In this document: one piece after another, positions 26,723 through 39,584 of the stretch | Position numbering within the stretch: the stretch's first letter is position 1 | Layout: each line of letters begins with the position of its first letter | Assembly: GCA_964016885.1 (NCBI GenBank) | Contig: OZ024743.1 | Coordinates: forward strand, 371,194,001-371,258,000 | Origin: Eledone cirrhosa | Lineage: Eukaryota | Length of the DNA stretch: 64,000 bases | Direction: 5' to 3' | Program-made: the position numbers and the translations under genes | The notes under the pieces: generated by a model | Told to the model about the DNA's origin: nothing | What the model saw: only the letters and a program-made list of their open reading frames with translations | Databases searched by the model: none

Positions 26723-27541
26723 ACAAACATAAATTATCGAGATTCGCATTTCGGCCCACGAATTAATGAAAAACAACCTCCGAGATGTGTGGCAAGTGCT
26801 CAATGATTCAGATGAACCAGAGCTATAACAAACGTTAAAGGCCAAAAACACTGAGACGATGGTTAAACAATCATTCGCATAGCCCCAAAAAAAACGATCA
26901 AGTAATTCGGGTATTGAAAATTTACCCGGACCCCTGGAAGGGTGGTAAAATCCAGTATATGGGTTTCTGCGGCTCCTAAATCAAGTACCGTCCGCCTACA
27001 TAAATAATGTCAGGCTTCTGGTAAGATGATTGAACAAGGAAGCCACTTTCTCAACAGATTTTAGTTCAATGTTAATACAAGGACTGACTATTGCTGACTC
27101 CACGTGGGTATCGGCAAGGGAGGTAGCCCCTATATCAGGCGAATAAATTCAGTTGTGTATATTCTTGCAAGAATGCAAAAACATCACAAATCGAATAGAG
27201 TTCTCAACAGAAGGGTTACAATTAACATAAGCTATTCATCAGTCAATAGAATCAACTAAAAAATCAAGAAAATTAACTGGTCAATAGCTAGAGTCTGGAG
27301 ATAAATACAAACCTAAATTATCGAGATTCGCATTTTGGCCCACGAAATAACGAAAAACAACCTCCGAGATGTGAGGCAAGTGCTCAATGGTTCAGATGAA
27401 CCAGAGCTATAACAAACGTTAAAGGCCAAACACACTGAGACGATGGTTAAACAATCATTCGCATAGCCAAAAAAACGATCAAGTAATTCGAGTATTGAAA
27501 ATTTACCTGGACCCCTGGAAGGTTGGTAAAATCCAGTATAT
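26723..27541. mobile_element. Small non-coding element with ~235-bp direct terminal repeats (26723-26960 / 27307-27541)
   Basis: Two similar direct copies around ~345 bp of unique sequence; TA tracts on both flanks. Confidence 0.75.
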
Positions 27542-27683
27542 ATATATATGAAAAACATGGGGAGAAGAATACTGCATGGTTGCACATGGATTACATATTA
27601 TAAAATTAGTCCCTCATCAGTGATTTGCCAAGCATCATTGGTATTTCATCGCAATTGTATATATATATATATATTGTATATAT

Positions 27684-28138
27684 GATGGAAACCGCGGAGT
27701 GGGGAGACCCAAGATGACTTGGGATGAGGTGATAAAAGCCGACCTTACCCAACTACACCTCTCAAAGTCAATGACACACGACCGTGACTTCTGGTGTCAC
27801 GCAGTAATACAGGGTACCCGACCTCCCATGGGTACATGCTGAAGCATATAAACAATATGCCCCCACTCCCCCCACCGCAAGGTGGTCGTGGAGGTGCCAC
27901 GGCAAAAAAGCACCCAGCCCACACTGTAAAGTGGACGTGTAGGCGCCACGAAAAAGCACCCAGCACTCACTGTAAATGAGGTTGGTGTTAGGGCATCCAG
28001 CTGTAGAAATCAAGCCAGATCAGTTCCTGTATGAGCAAGGCATGGTCAGCCGACCAGACACTGCCCACAACAGGACAACCCGTCTAACCCATGCTAGCGT
28101 GGAAGAACGGACGTAAAACGGTGATGATGATGATGATA
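27684..28138 (+). mobile_element. RTE LINE family B 3' fragment
   Basis: Inverted near-identical copy of 23899-24358; (GAT)n tail. Confidence 0.95.
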
Positions 28139-28236
28139 TTGTATATATATATATATTGTATATATATATATATATTGTATATATATATATATTATATATA
28201 TATATATATTGTATATATATATATATTGTATATATG

Positions 28237-28649
28237 TAAAGTTATATTTAAAATTGTTGGGTTACAACTAGTAAATATTTATAACTGATATAAAAGCACT
28301 CGACAAATACTTGGAGTATATTTACAATATTAAATAAATGGAAAACTATATTTATAAAACCATATTTATTTCATTATATATATTTCGGGGATATCATATT
28401 AACAATATGCTATGCCTTCATCAGACAAAATACAATATAAACAGTTTTATAGATAAATATATTCGACATACCGTAATAAACATCAACTTCATTTATTACG
28501 GTATGTCGAATATATTTATCTATAAAACTGTTTATATTGTATTTTGTCTGATGAAGGCATAGCATATTGTTAATATGATATCCCCGAAATATATATAATG
28601 AAATAAATATGGTTTTATAAATATAGTTTTCCATTTATTTAATATTGTA
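28237..28649 (+). mobile_element. AT-rich hammerhead-bearing element with a 158-bp-arm palindrome (28323-28480 / 28492-28649)
   Basis: Apparently perfect inverted arms with an 11-nt spacer; hammerheads at 28540-28605 (+) and 28367-28432 (-); non-palindromic homolog at 51557-51856. Confidence 0.85.
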
Positions 28650-28692
28650 TATATTGTATATATATATATTGTATATATATGTATATATATTG

Positions 28693-28732
<40 letters not shown>

Positions 28733-28845
28733 ATATATATATTGTATATATGTATATATATATATATTATATATATATAAATTGTATATATGTATATATA
28801 TATATTGTATATATATATATATTGTATGTATATATATATATATAA

Positions 28846-30367
28846 TGTTATATTTTGGGAGAGTCATGTTGCCAATAAGAAACACACACACTGTTGCTTT
28901 CACTTCAATTTATTATAATAAATTTATAAATTTCCGGTTGGTTGGTTGGTTCCACAACCAGATGGTTGTTTATATATTGTCAAAGTTCTTTCGTCACACA
29001 TTCTGTGACCTCTTCAGTGACTGGGGATTCTTTTCTTTGTTTTTGTGCCTCTCCTTTGTTCTATCCACGCCATCTTGTTTCTGTGTGTGTGCTGTGTGCT
29101 CAGTCTGCGCATGCGCCACATCCGGGTGTCTGTGTGTGTTTATATTCATTTATTTTTTGTTTATTTACATGTTACTGGTTGGTTGTTTGTTCTATGTGCG
29201 TGTGTGTTTTCATTCTGTCCTTAATTGTAAGTTGTGATGTTGCTGTTCCACTCATGTTTTCTATTTAATTTTGGTTGGAGTTCATTTATGTATATTGCCT
29301 CTGTGATTTGTCTAAACATTGCATATTTTCTGTGTGTAGATTCTATTTTTATTTCTATGTTCTATTTTAGCATGTTGGTAGAGTACAGATGATTCTTTAC
29401 TATCTTGAAGGTCTCGCCAGTGTTCATTTATCCGTTCCCCTATACTACGAGCTGTCTCACCTATGTACACTATATTTTTATCTCTACATTGTCCTTCAGT
29501 ACATCTTATGCTATATACTACATTTCTAGTTTTACAGTTAATATGGGGGTTTAATTTACAGATTATACATTTCTTATCTATACAGGGAGGTCTTTGAAAA
29601 GGGTATGTCTTGCTAATAAGTGTTTTTATGGAGGTACCTGGTCTTTCTACTATCTTAACATTGAGTTTATGTTTATCTAGGGCCCTTCTAAATTTGTAAG
29701 CTAATTCACCTCTAGGGGTTGTATCGATGAACATTACACTCTGGTATTTATTGCTATCATACCATGAGTTTATTCTATGAGCCTTATTCCTAGTTCTTTC
29801 TATTCTATTCCAAAATTTGCTCCTAAACAAGGGGCAGGTCCCATTTGTGTCATTATTTACCATTTTTTCCCATTTGGTTCTGGCTCCTCTATATACTCTG
29901 ATTTTATCTCTCTGATTGTAACCAGAGAACTGCATATGGTGGATGAAGTGTTGTATGTGTCTCTCTAGTTCTTCGGGGTTGCACATGCGGGACACGTTTC
30001 TCATCACCCGTAACAAATCCGCAATCAGTATGTTGATTTTGGTATGGTCCGAAATGGCCGAGTTTCGGTGGATCAGATATTTGGAAGTCATGGGTTTGGC
30101 ATAATGGGAATGGAGGATTTGTTTTTTGTTATTAATGGTATCTAACCAGAGCTCTGTGTCTAGTACAGGTAATCGATGGTTGGGGTGTCTACTTGGGTAG
30201 TCTATAGCAACTCTAATACTCTGGTGGATGGAGTTTGCTATTTTCTGGATGCTTTCCATTGTGTTTTTCTCTAATTCCTGACTGTTCTCTAGTGGGGGTG
30301 TCTTAACTACGATGTTTATATCATCTACGTAGCGGGAGTACATTATCAGGGTTAAGGGGTCTTCTAA
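28846..30367 (-). mobile_element. Penelope-like retroelement, 5'-truncated (RT C-half, Cys-rich linker, GIY-YIG)
   Basis: ORF 29312-30367: YSRYVDD, LPVLD, KPM, CxxxxCxxC..C linker, VVYSIRC..C..YIGETARSIGERINEH; 3' region carries a hammerhead. Confidence 0.93.
28979..29021 (-). ncRNA. Type-I hammerhead ribozyme of the PLE
   Basis: GTCA-CTGAAGA-G-GTCAC-agaatgt-GTGAC-GAAAGAACTT-TGAC; followed by AATATATA. Confidence 0.8.
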
Positions 30368-30372
30368 TTGTA

Positions 30373-30468
<96 letters not shown>

Positions 30469-30600
30469 ATATATATATATATATATTGTATATATATATA
30501 TTGTATATATATATATATATATATTGTATATATATATTGTATATATATATATATATATATTGTATATATATATATATATATTGTATATATATATTGTATA

Positions 30601-32807
30601 TCATCATCATCATCATCACCGTTTTACGTCCGTTCTTCCACGCTAGCATGGGTTAGACGGGTTGTCCTGTTGTGTGCAGTGTCTGGTCGGCTGACCATGC
30701 CTTGCTCATACAGGAACTGATCTGGCTTGATTTCTACAGCTGGATGCCCTTCCTAACACCAACCTCATTTACAGTGAGTGCTGGGTGCTTTTTCGTGGCG
30801 CCTACACGTCCACTTTACAGTGTGGGCTGGGTGCTTTTTTTTTGCCGTGGCACCTCCACGACCACCTTGCGGTGGGGGCATATTGTTTATATGCTTCAGC
30901 ATGTACCCATGGGAGGTCGGGTACTCTGTATTACTGCGTGACGCCAGAAGTCACGGTCGTGTGTCATTGTCTTTGAGAGGTGTAATTGGGTAAGGTCGGC
31001 TTTTATCACCTCATCCCAGGTCATTTTGGGTCTCCCCACTCCGCGGTTTCCATCAACTTCTAGTGCTCTGCACCTTTTTATGCAGCTGTCATCCTTCATA
31101 CGCATCACATGTACATACCAGCGCAACCGCCTCTCCTGCACACAGCATTTGATTCCTCTTATGCTCAGTCTCTCTCTCAATTCATTTATGCTTTGTCATT
31201 CACGTATATTACTGTTACACATCCATCGGAGCATGCAGGCTTCGTTTCTCTCTAATCTACGTAAGTCTTCCACCTTCAGCGCCCAGGTCTCACTACCATG
31301 CAACATCGCTGTTCGGATACACGCATCATACAGTCTGCCTTTCATTCTGAGGGAGAAGCCTTTTGCAGCTAGCAGTGGTAGTAGTTCCCTAAACTTCTTC
31401 CATCCCGTTCTTACCCTAGTTATTGTACTTTCTGAACACCCACCTCCGTTGCTAATTCGGTCACCTAGGTAGCAGAAGCTGTCTACTGTTTCTACAGGGT
31501 CCTCCCAGAGATTGGTGGTACTTGTTTCCTGTGGCTGTTTGCTGCTTGCTGTTTCAGCACAGCTGCTGCATGTGAATCCTACATTCTTAATTAAGCTTCC
31601 TGAGATCCCGCTACATCTCTTGTGTACCCATTGTTTGCATTTGGGGCAGAGAATGGAGTTCCTACCTACACCTTTCCTACATACTGAGCAAGGCCATTTC
31701 CCTGAGGGGATCTGGGTTCTGTTTTCTCGTCTACTTACAAGGACCTTAGTCTTTGTCATGTTGACTTTGAGACCCTTTCTCTCTAGTCCCAGCTTCCAGG
31801 TTGGGAATTTATTCTCTAGTTCTACCATAGATTCAGCTATGAGTGCGAGGTCATCAGCATACAGGAGTTCCCATGGGCATCCGGTCTTAAACTCCTCCGT
31901 TATTGCCTGCAGGACTATGATGAACAGGAGAGGGCTAAGAACAGAGCCCTGGTGGACCCCAACCTGTACGCTAAATTCCTCACTATACTCATTGCTAATC
32001 CTAACTTTGCTGACTGCTCCCCTATACATGGCTTGTACCGCTTTCACAAGCCATTCATCTACTCCTAGTTTTCTAAGAGCCCACCAGATTACAACACGTG
32101 GAACTCTGTCAAAGGCTTTCTCAAGGTCGACAAATGCCAAGTAGAGTGGCTTACTTTTAGCTAGGTACTTTTCCTGTAATTGCCTCACAAGGAAGAGGGC
32201 ATCAGTGGTGCCTCTTCCTGGTACAAACCCAAATTGCATCTCGTCTATATTCACCCGGTCCCTAATCAGCTGTGCTATAACTCTTTCTGTTACTTTCATG
32301 ACCTGGTCTATCAACTTTATACCTCTATAATTTCCTCTATCTAGTGCATCGCCTTTACCTTTGTAGCAGTTGACAATGATGCTACTGCACCAATCTTTTG
32401 GTATGGCCCCTTCTAGTATTACCTGGTTAACGATACGTGTGGTTATAGTGTGACCTACAGACCCAGATGCCTTCAGCATCTCGGCAGCTATACCCGATGG
32501 ACCGGTTGCCTTCCCCATCTTCATATCTTTGATTGCCTTACTTACTACGCTGCTGCTGACTTGTACTGCTGGTCCCTCTATAGGGTCTACTTGGGGTAGG
32601 GTCTCTTCTTCCCATGCATTCTCCTCATTTAGTAATCTATCATAATGACTCTTCCATGCATCTTTCTTCTCAGCACTTGTGAGGGCAAGCTCACCTTTAT
32701 CATTCCGGATACACTTCTCTCCAATGACATCGCAACTATCTCTGACACACTGCCTCGCAATCTTGAATACCTCCTGTTTCTGGTCCTCACGTTGTAAAAC
32801 ATGCTTG
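30601..32807 (-). mobile_element. RTE LINE family B, 5'-truncated
   Basis: ORFs 31196-32524 (complete RT and PHD) and 30896-31180; 3'UTR and tail. Confidence 0.97.
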
Positions 32808-33036
32808 TATATATATATATATTGTGTATATATATATATAGAGATATTGTGTATATATATATAGAGAGAGAGATATTGTATATATATATATAGAGAGAGA
32901 GATATTGTATATATATATATATATTGTGTATATATATATATATATTGTATATATATATATATTGTGTATATATATAGATTGATATTGTATATATATATAT
33001 ATATTGTATATATATATATATTGTATCTATATATAT

Positions 33037-33067
<31 letters not shown>

Positions 33068-33152
33068 TGTATATATATATATTGTATATATATCATCATC
33101 ATCATCGTTTAATGTCCATTTTCCACGCTAGCATTTATATATGTATATATAT

Positions 33153-33183
<31 letters not shown>

Positions 33184-33540
33184 TGTGTATATATATATAT
33201 TGTATATATATATATATTGTATATATATATATATATTGTTTATGTATATATATATTGTATATATATATATGTACATATATATTGTATATATATAGATATT
33301 GTATATATATATATAGATATTGTATATATATAGAGATATTGTGTATATATATATATATTGTGTATATATATATATATATATTGTGTATATATATATATAG
33401 ATATTGTATATATATATATAGATATTGTAGTATATATATATAGATATTGTATATATATATAGATATTGTGTATATATATATATATTGTGTATATATATAG
33501 ATATTGTATGTATATATATAGATATTGTATATATATATAT
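32808..33540. repeat. (TA)nTTG / GATATTG(TG) satellite containing a 42-bp RTE 3' stub (33093-33134)
   Basis: Directly visible; the stub and its flanks recur at 36376-36421. Confidence 0.9.
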
Positions 33541-35708
33541 ATAAGAAGGTAGCTTGGAAGTGTCACTATGAAAGGCTACTAAATGAGGAGAATAAATGGG
33601 AGAAAGACAGTCTCCCCCATATCGACCCAATAGAGGGACCAGCAGTGTTAGTCGAGGGGAGTATAATAAGTAAGGCAATCAAGGATATGAAGACGGGTAA
33701 GGCGGCTGGGCCTTCGGAAATAGTTGCTGAGATGCTGAAGGCATCTGGCACGGTGGGACACACCATGGTCACCCGCATAGTTAACCAAGTCGTACAGAAT
33801 GGGGTTGTTCCGAAGGACTGGCATAGCAGCATCATCGTTAACTGTTATAAGGGTAAAGGAGACGCCCTAGATAGGAGTAACTATAGAGGCATTAAATTAA
33901 TCGACCAGGTCATGAAGGTCACGGATAAAGTAATAGCGCAACTAATCAGAGAGTGAATTGACCTAGATGAAATGCAGTTCGGGTTTGTGTCAGGCAAAAG
34001 TACCACAGACGCTCTTTTCATAGTACGACAACTACAGGAGAAGTACCTAGCTAAAGGTAAACCCCTCTACTTAGCTTTTGTCGACTTGGAGAAAGCCTTC
34101 GACAGAGTCCCCCGCTCCATTATCTGGTGGGCTCTTAGAAAAATAGGCGTTGACGAATGGCTTGTGAGGGCTATACAAGCCACGTATAAAGAAACAGTCA
34201 GCAAGGTTAGAATTAACAACGAATATAGTGAAGAGTTTAGCGTAAAAGTTGGCGTCCATCAGGGCTCTGTTCTCAGCCCCCTACTATTTATTATTGCCCT
34301 TCAAGCTATAACAGAGGAGTTCAAGACCGGCTGCCCATGGGAACTCCTATACGCAGACGACCTGACACTCATAGCGGAATCAATGGCCGAGCTAGAGAAG
34401 AAATTCCAAACATGGAAGCACGGCCTAGAGTCAAAAGGACTTAAAATTAACCTGGCTAAGACCAAAGTTCTAGTTTGTAGGAAAGAAAACAAGGCGGCGG
34501 TCCCTTCTGGGAAATGGTCGTGCTCGGTGTGTAGGAAAGGCGTAGGTAGAAACTCCATTTTATGTCCAAATTGCAAAGTATGGGTGCATAAAAGATGTAG
34601 TGGGATCACAGGTAAGCTAACTAAGAACATAGATTTTACATGTGGCCGGTGTTCTGGTGCAATAAGTAGCAGCAAGTGCCCACAAAATACTAGCTCTTTC
34701 AATTGCGCAGAGTGTTATATAGAAATAGTGGACAGCTTCCGTTACCTGGGCGATAAAATCAGCAGTGGGGGAGGGTGCTCTGAAAGTACAGTAGCTAGAG
34801 TCAGAACTGGTTGGAAAAAGTTCAGAGAGCTTATACCACTATTAGCTGCTAAAGGGTTCTCCCTAAAAATGAAAGGCAGGTTGTACGATGCCTGCATACG
34901 AACAGCAATGTTGCATGGCAGTGAGACCTGGGCATTGTGTGCAGAGGATATACGCAGACTAGAGAGGAACGAAGCTTGCATGCTCCGCTGGATGTGTAAC
35001 AGTAATATACGTGAATGGCAAAGCATAAACGAAATAAGGAAAAAATTAGAGATAAATGGGATCAGATGTTGTTTACTCGAGAGAAGGCTACGTTGGTATG
35101 GACACGTGATGCGCATGAAAGTCGATAGCTGTATAACAAAGTGCAGGGCAATAAAGATAGACGGTAGCCACGGAATAGGCAGACCTAGAAAAACCTGGGA
35201 CGAGCTGATAAACTCCGACCTCACACACTTACACCTCTCCAAGACAATGTCACTGGACCGAGACCTTTGGCGGTACTCAGTAACAGAGAAGACCCGCCTT
35301 ACCTAAATATATAGTAAAACCTACTCCAGCCAGTAGGCATCTCTAACAAAATACACCCCGTCCCACCACCACTACCCCCACCCCATCCACACCACCCCGT
35401 TCTATGTAAAGTTATGTTGGTGCCGCGCCATCCAGGCCGAAACAAATGAGATCGTGTAGGTGTCACGACAAAAAAACACACAGTCCACGCTGTAATGTGG
35501 CCGTGTAGGCAACACGGTAAAAACCTCCCAGACCCACTCTGTAAATGTGGTTGGTGTTAGGAAGGGCATCCAACTGTAGAAAACCTGCCAGACAGTCCTA
35601 TGCGAGCAAGACAATCACTCTTGCCTCAAGTGGGACTACCCCCATCCAAACCCATGCAAGCGTGGAACACGGACGTTAAACGTTGATGATGATGATGATG
35701 ATGATGAT
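33541..35708 (+). mobile_element. RTE LINE family A, 5'-truncated
   Basis: ORFs 33541-33956 and 33972-35306 (one nonsense codon), 3'UTR, (GAT)n tail. Confidence 0.97.
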
Positions 35709-35939
35709 ATAGATATTGTATATATATAGATATTGTATATATATATATATTGTGTATATATATATACATATTGTATATATATATATATATTGTGTATATA
35801 TATATATTGTGTATATATATATAGATATTGTATATATATATATATATATATATATAGATATTGTATGTATATATATAGATATTGTATATATATAGATATT
35901 GTATATATATATATATATATATTGTGTATATATATATAG

Positions 35940-35970
<31 letters not shown>

Positions 35971-36458
35971 GTATATATATATATAGATATTGTATGTATA
36001 TATATAGATATCGTATATATATATATATTTTGTATATATATATAGATATTGTATATATATATATATTGTGTATATATATATAGATATTGTGTATATATAT
36101 ATAGATATTGTGTATATATATAGAGATATTGTGTATATATATATATATATTGTGTATATATATATATATATTGTGTATATATATATAGATATTGTATATA
36201 TATATATTGTGTATATATATATAGATATTGTGTATATATATATAGATATTGTATATATATATATATATATAGATATTGTATATATATATATATTGTGTAT
36301 ATATATAGATATTGTATATATATATATTGTATCTATATATATATTGTATATATATATATATATATTGTATATATATCATCATCATCATCATCGTTTAACG
36401 TCCATTTTCCACGCTAGCATTTATATATGTATATATATATTGTATATATATATATATA

Positions 36459-36513
<55 letters not shown>

Positions 36514-36548
36514 ATATATATATATGTGTGTGTGTGTGTATATATATA

Positions 36549-36637
<89 letters not shown>

Positions 36638-36718
36638 ATATATATATGTGTGTGTATATATGTGTGTGTATATATATATGTGTGTGTATATATATATGTG
36701 TGTATATATATATATATA

Positions 36719-36775
<57 letters not shown>
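35709..36775. repeat. GATATTG(TG)/(TA)n satellite, RTE stub (36376-36421), then (TA)n(TG)n
   Basis: Directly visible. Confidence 0.9.
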
Positions 36776-36909
36776 TTAGGTTAATAGGAGTTAGGTATTG
36801 TATACCTGTGTCCCATTAAGGTATTGGCAGTATAATAATTAGCTCTATGCTTTGGAGCAGAGCCGTATATATGATAAAGCAGAGCCGTATATATGATAAA
36901 GCAGACCCG

Positions 36910-37205
36910 TATATATGGTAAAGAACACAAGAGCGTCTACAACATCAAAAGATTTTTATTGGCTTACAATGTTTCTTCCTTACGTAACCGTAGGATTCAT
37001 CAGAGCTATAAAAGGGGTTTGATTGGTGTTATGGACTCTACCAACCAAACATTCAAGAACAAAGAGTAAAGAGAGTAAAGAGCAAAAGTAGGGGACGATA
37101 AGTGTAATTTTGGTGTGGGAGGGTGGGGTGTGGGTCGTTGTTTACTAGCTGTGGTCATATTCATTCCCGGGAGTCGGGTGGTTAGCTGAACCATAGATGG
37201 GGTGG
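36910..37205 (-). mobile_element. PLE 3' fragment with hammerhead (36962-37006); left arm of an inverted pair
   Basis: Reverse complement of 39104-39397; encodes VQLTTRLPGMN (GIY-YIG C-terminal LxTxxPxGxN-like motif); three 22-bp tandem units at 36856-36921. Confidence 0.85.
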
Positions 37206-37798
37206 TACAGTCCCCTACAAGGTTGGTGTTTTTGCGTGTGTGTGTATTCTCCTTTTCTCTCTCACACACGCAGACATATGTGTGGGTGTGCGTGCGTGTG
37301 TGCATGCATGTATGCGTGCATTGTATGCATGTATATTGTATGTATATATATATATGTATATTGTATGCACGCGTATTATATTGTGTGTATGTGTATATGT
37401 GACTTGTATGTGAATATATGTATGAGTGTGTATGTGTAAGTGTATGATGTGTGTATGTATGTGTATATGTATGTATACTTTTCTGTAGAAATTCTCTCTA
37501 TATGTGGTGTGTGGCACGAATTCCTCCTATAATACTCTTCTCTGAGAGGAGCACGATATGCAGAGTAACACATATGTATTGTCGAAGTTGAAACTGAGAA
37601 CCACCACCCCTCCTGCTGACCCAAATGTTTACTGAGGACCAGAACACCATTCTCCGCAATATAAGAGCGAAATGCGCTTGCCGGACTATTGATGACCATA
37701 ACATCACATTCCAAGGTAATGGCAAAACACAGTGAATGCTATGCATGACCAGAACACCACAGCATGCACATCCGAGCGACACAGATATATCAATAGGG

Positions 37799-38112
37799 GA
37801 ATCAACTGAATTTTTTGAGTTGAAATACATATGGATATGTGTCTGTGTGTATCGGACACACGTACACATAAAGAAGCTGCTGACCTAAATATACCTGTCA
37901 CGCCTGTCTGAATTCCTAAGGGAATTGTCGGCCAGTTGCTGTCTTGACCGATTGTAGTACCAGTGGGTGAATCAATTGAGTTTTTTGAGTTGAAATACAT
38001 ATAAATATATGTCTGTGTGTGTCGGACACACGTACACATAAAGAAGCTGCCGACCTAAATGTGCCTGTCATGCCTGTCTGAATTTTCGGTCAGTTGCTGA
38101 CTTGACCGATTA
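37799..38112. repeat. Tandem duplication, ~170-bp period
   Basis: 37799-37953 resembles 37969-38112. Confidence 0.85.
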
Positions 38113-39103
38113 ACCCCACAATTACTACGTAGCGGTTCTTGCACGTGACTGCTGGACCCGGATGAAACGAAGACGAAGAATTTCCTTGCGTACCGTTTTG
38201 TACCACAGATGCGATCTCACCCTGCCTCGTTAATGTCCTATCGACACCAAAGTTCAACATTCGGGCGAATAGAATTGAATCCAACCACCCACAACATAGC
38301 TGGATGACCGATAATCACACCAAACCGGAGTACTGTGATCCTTGTGATCTCCAGATATACAACCACTGACACTGTTACGAAGACCAGAAAACCATACTCC
38401 ATAATATTGAACCAAGTGATTGATTTGTGCGACCAAAATAACACCACACACATATTGAACTAGGAATATTGGATCCTCCGTCAATGTCCGGGTGAGCAAA
38501 AATAGATTTCTATCTGCATTGGAATTTACGAACTTGTGCATCTGCTGTGGTGTCTAAAACAAACGCGCATGACCGCACAGATAAACAATGGACTATGCCA
38601 CGTGGCTTGAACCCGTAAGTGAATTGAAGGTTCTGCAACTCTGATACACAGATTATTTATTATTAAGATGTATAAACTTGACATAACTATTATCATCTTA
38701 TATTCTCTCAACTAATCACACTTGATCATATTTCTCTATCCCGTTTTCTCCTCCCATAATTATTATATTTTTATTATTTGAAAAAATCGTTTTTTTTACA
38801 TTGTGTTTTCCCTTCCAAATATTCGCTTATATTTCTTTATATATTCTCTATATATATTTTTTTATCTTTATTATTTCCACTTTTATCCTCCTTTATATTT
38901 TACCTTATTCTTACTTTTATACCTTATTATAGTGTAATCTTCCCCATGCCTTATTATACACTATTAATTATAGATTATTATTATTATTCTTTTTCCATTT
39001 CTAATTACCTCATGTACTTTCTCCTCCGCTATATATATATATATATTGTATGCCCTTTGTGTTTGTGTAGCCTCTGCGCACCCTCTGCACCATACTATCG
39101 ACG

Positions 39104-39397
39104 CCACCCCATCAATGGTTCAGCTAACCACCTGACTCCCGGGAATGAATATGACCGCAGCTAGTAAACAACGACCCACACCCCACCCTCCCGCACCAAA
39201 ATTAGACTTATCGTCCCCTACTTTTGCTCTTTACTCTCTTTACTCTTTGTTCTTGAATGTTTGGCTGGTAGAGTCCATAACACCAATCAAACACCTTTTA
39301 TAGCTCTGACGAATCCTACGGTTACGTAAGGAGAAACATTGTAAGCCAATAAAAATCTTTTGATGTTGTAGACGCTCTTGTGTTCTTTTTCATATAT
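39104..39397 (+). mobile_element. PLE 3' fragment with hammerhead (39303-39346); right arm of the inverted pair
   Basis: gct-CTGACGA-a-TCCTACG-gtta-CGTaAGGA-GAAAC-att-GTA-agc followed by AATAAA. Confidence 0.85.
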
Positions 39398-39429
39398 ATA
39401 TATATATATATATATATTGTATATATATA

Positions 39430-39536
39430 TGACATAGATTTAACCCCAAAAACTCTTTCCGAGCAATGTAAGGAACACTTTATGCCCAGGAGAAGCCCAA
39501 CCGGGTGAAACGTACGTAGGTGCTGTTTTAAATAAA
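39430..39536 (+). repeat. Inverted (tail-to-tail) copy of the PLE 3' terminus with degenerate hammerhead
   Basis: Inverted match to 39585-39691; GCCC-aacc-GGGT-GAAAC-gtac-GTA with a mutated CUGANGA box. Confidence 0.85.
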
Positions 39537-39584
39537 CATGTTTTAACGGTCTATTCTCCGATTTCTTACTTTCCCACGTATATA

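Noticed and set aside
27545-27655. Minus-strand CTGATGAGGGAC as a hammerhead
   Set aside because: No downstream GAAA box or stem III visible.
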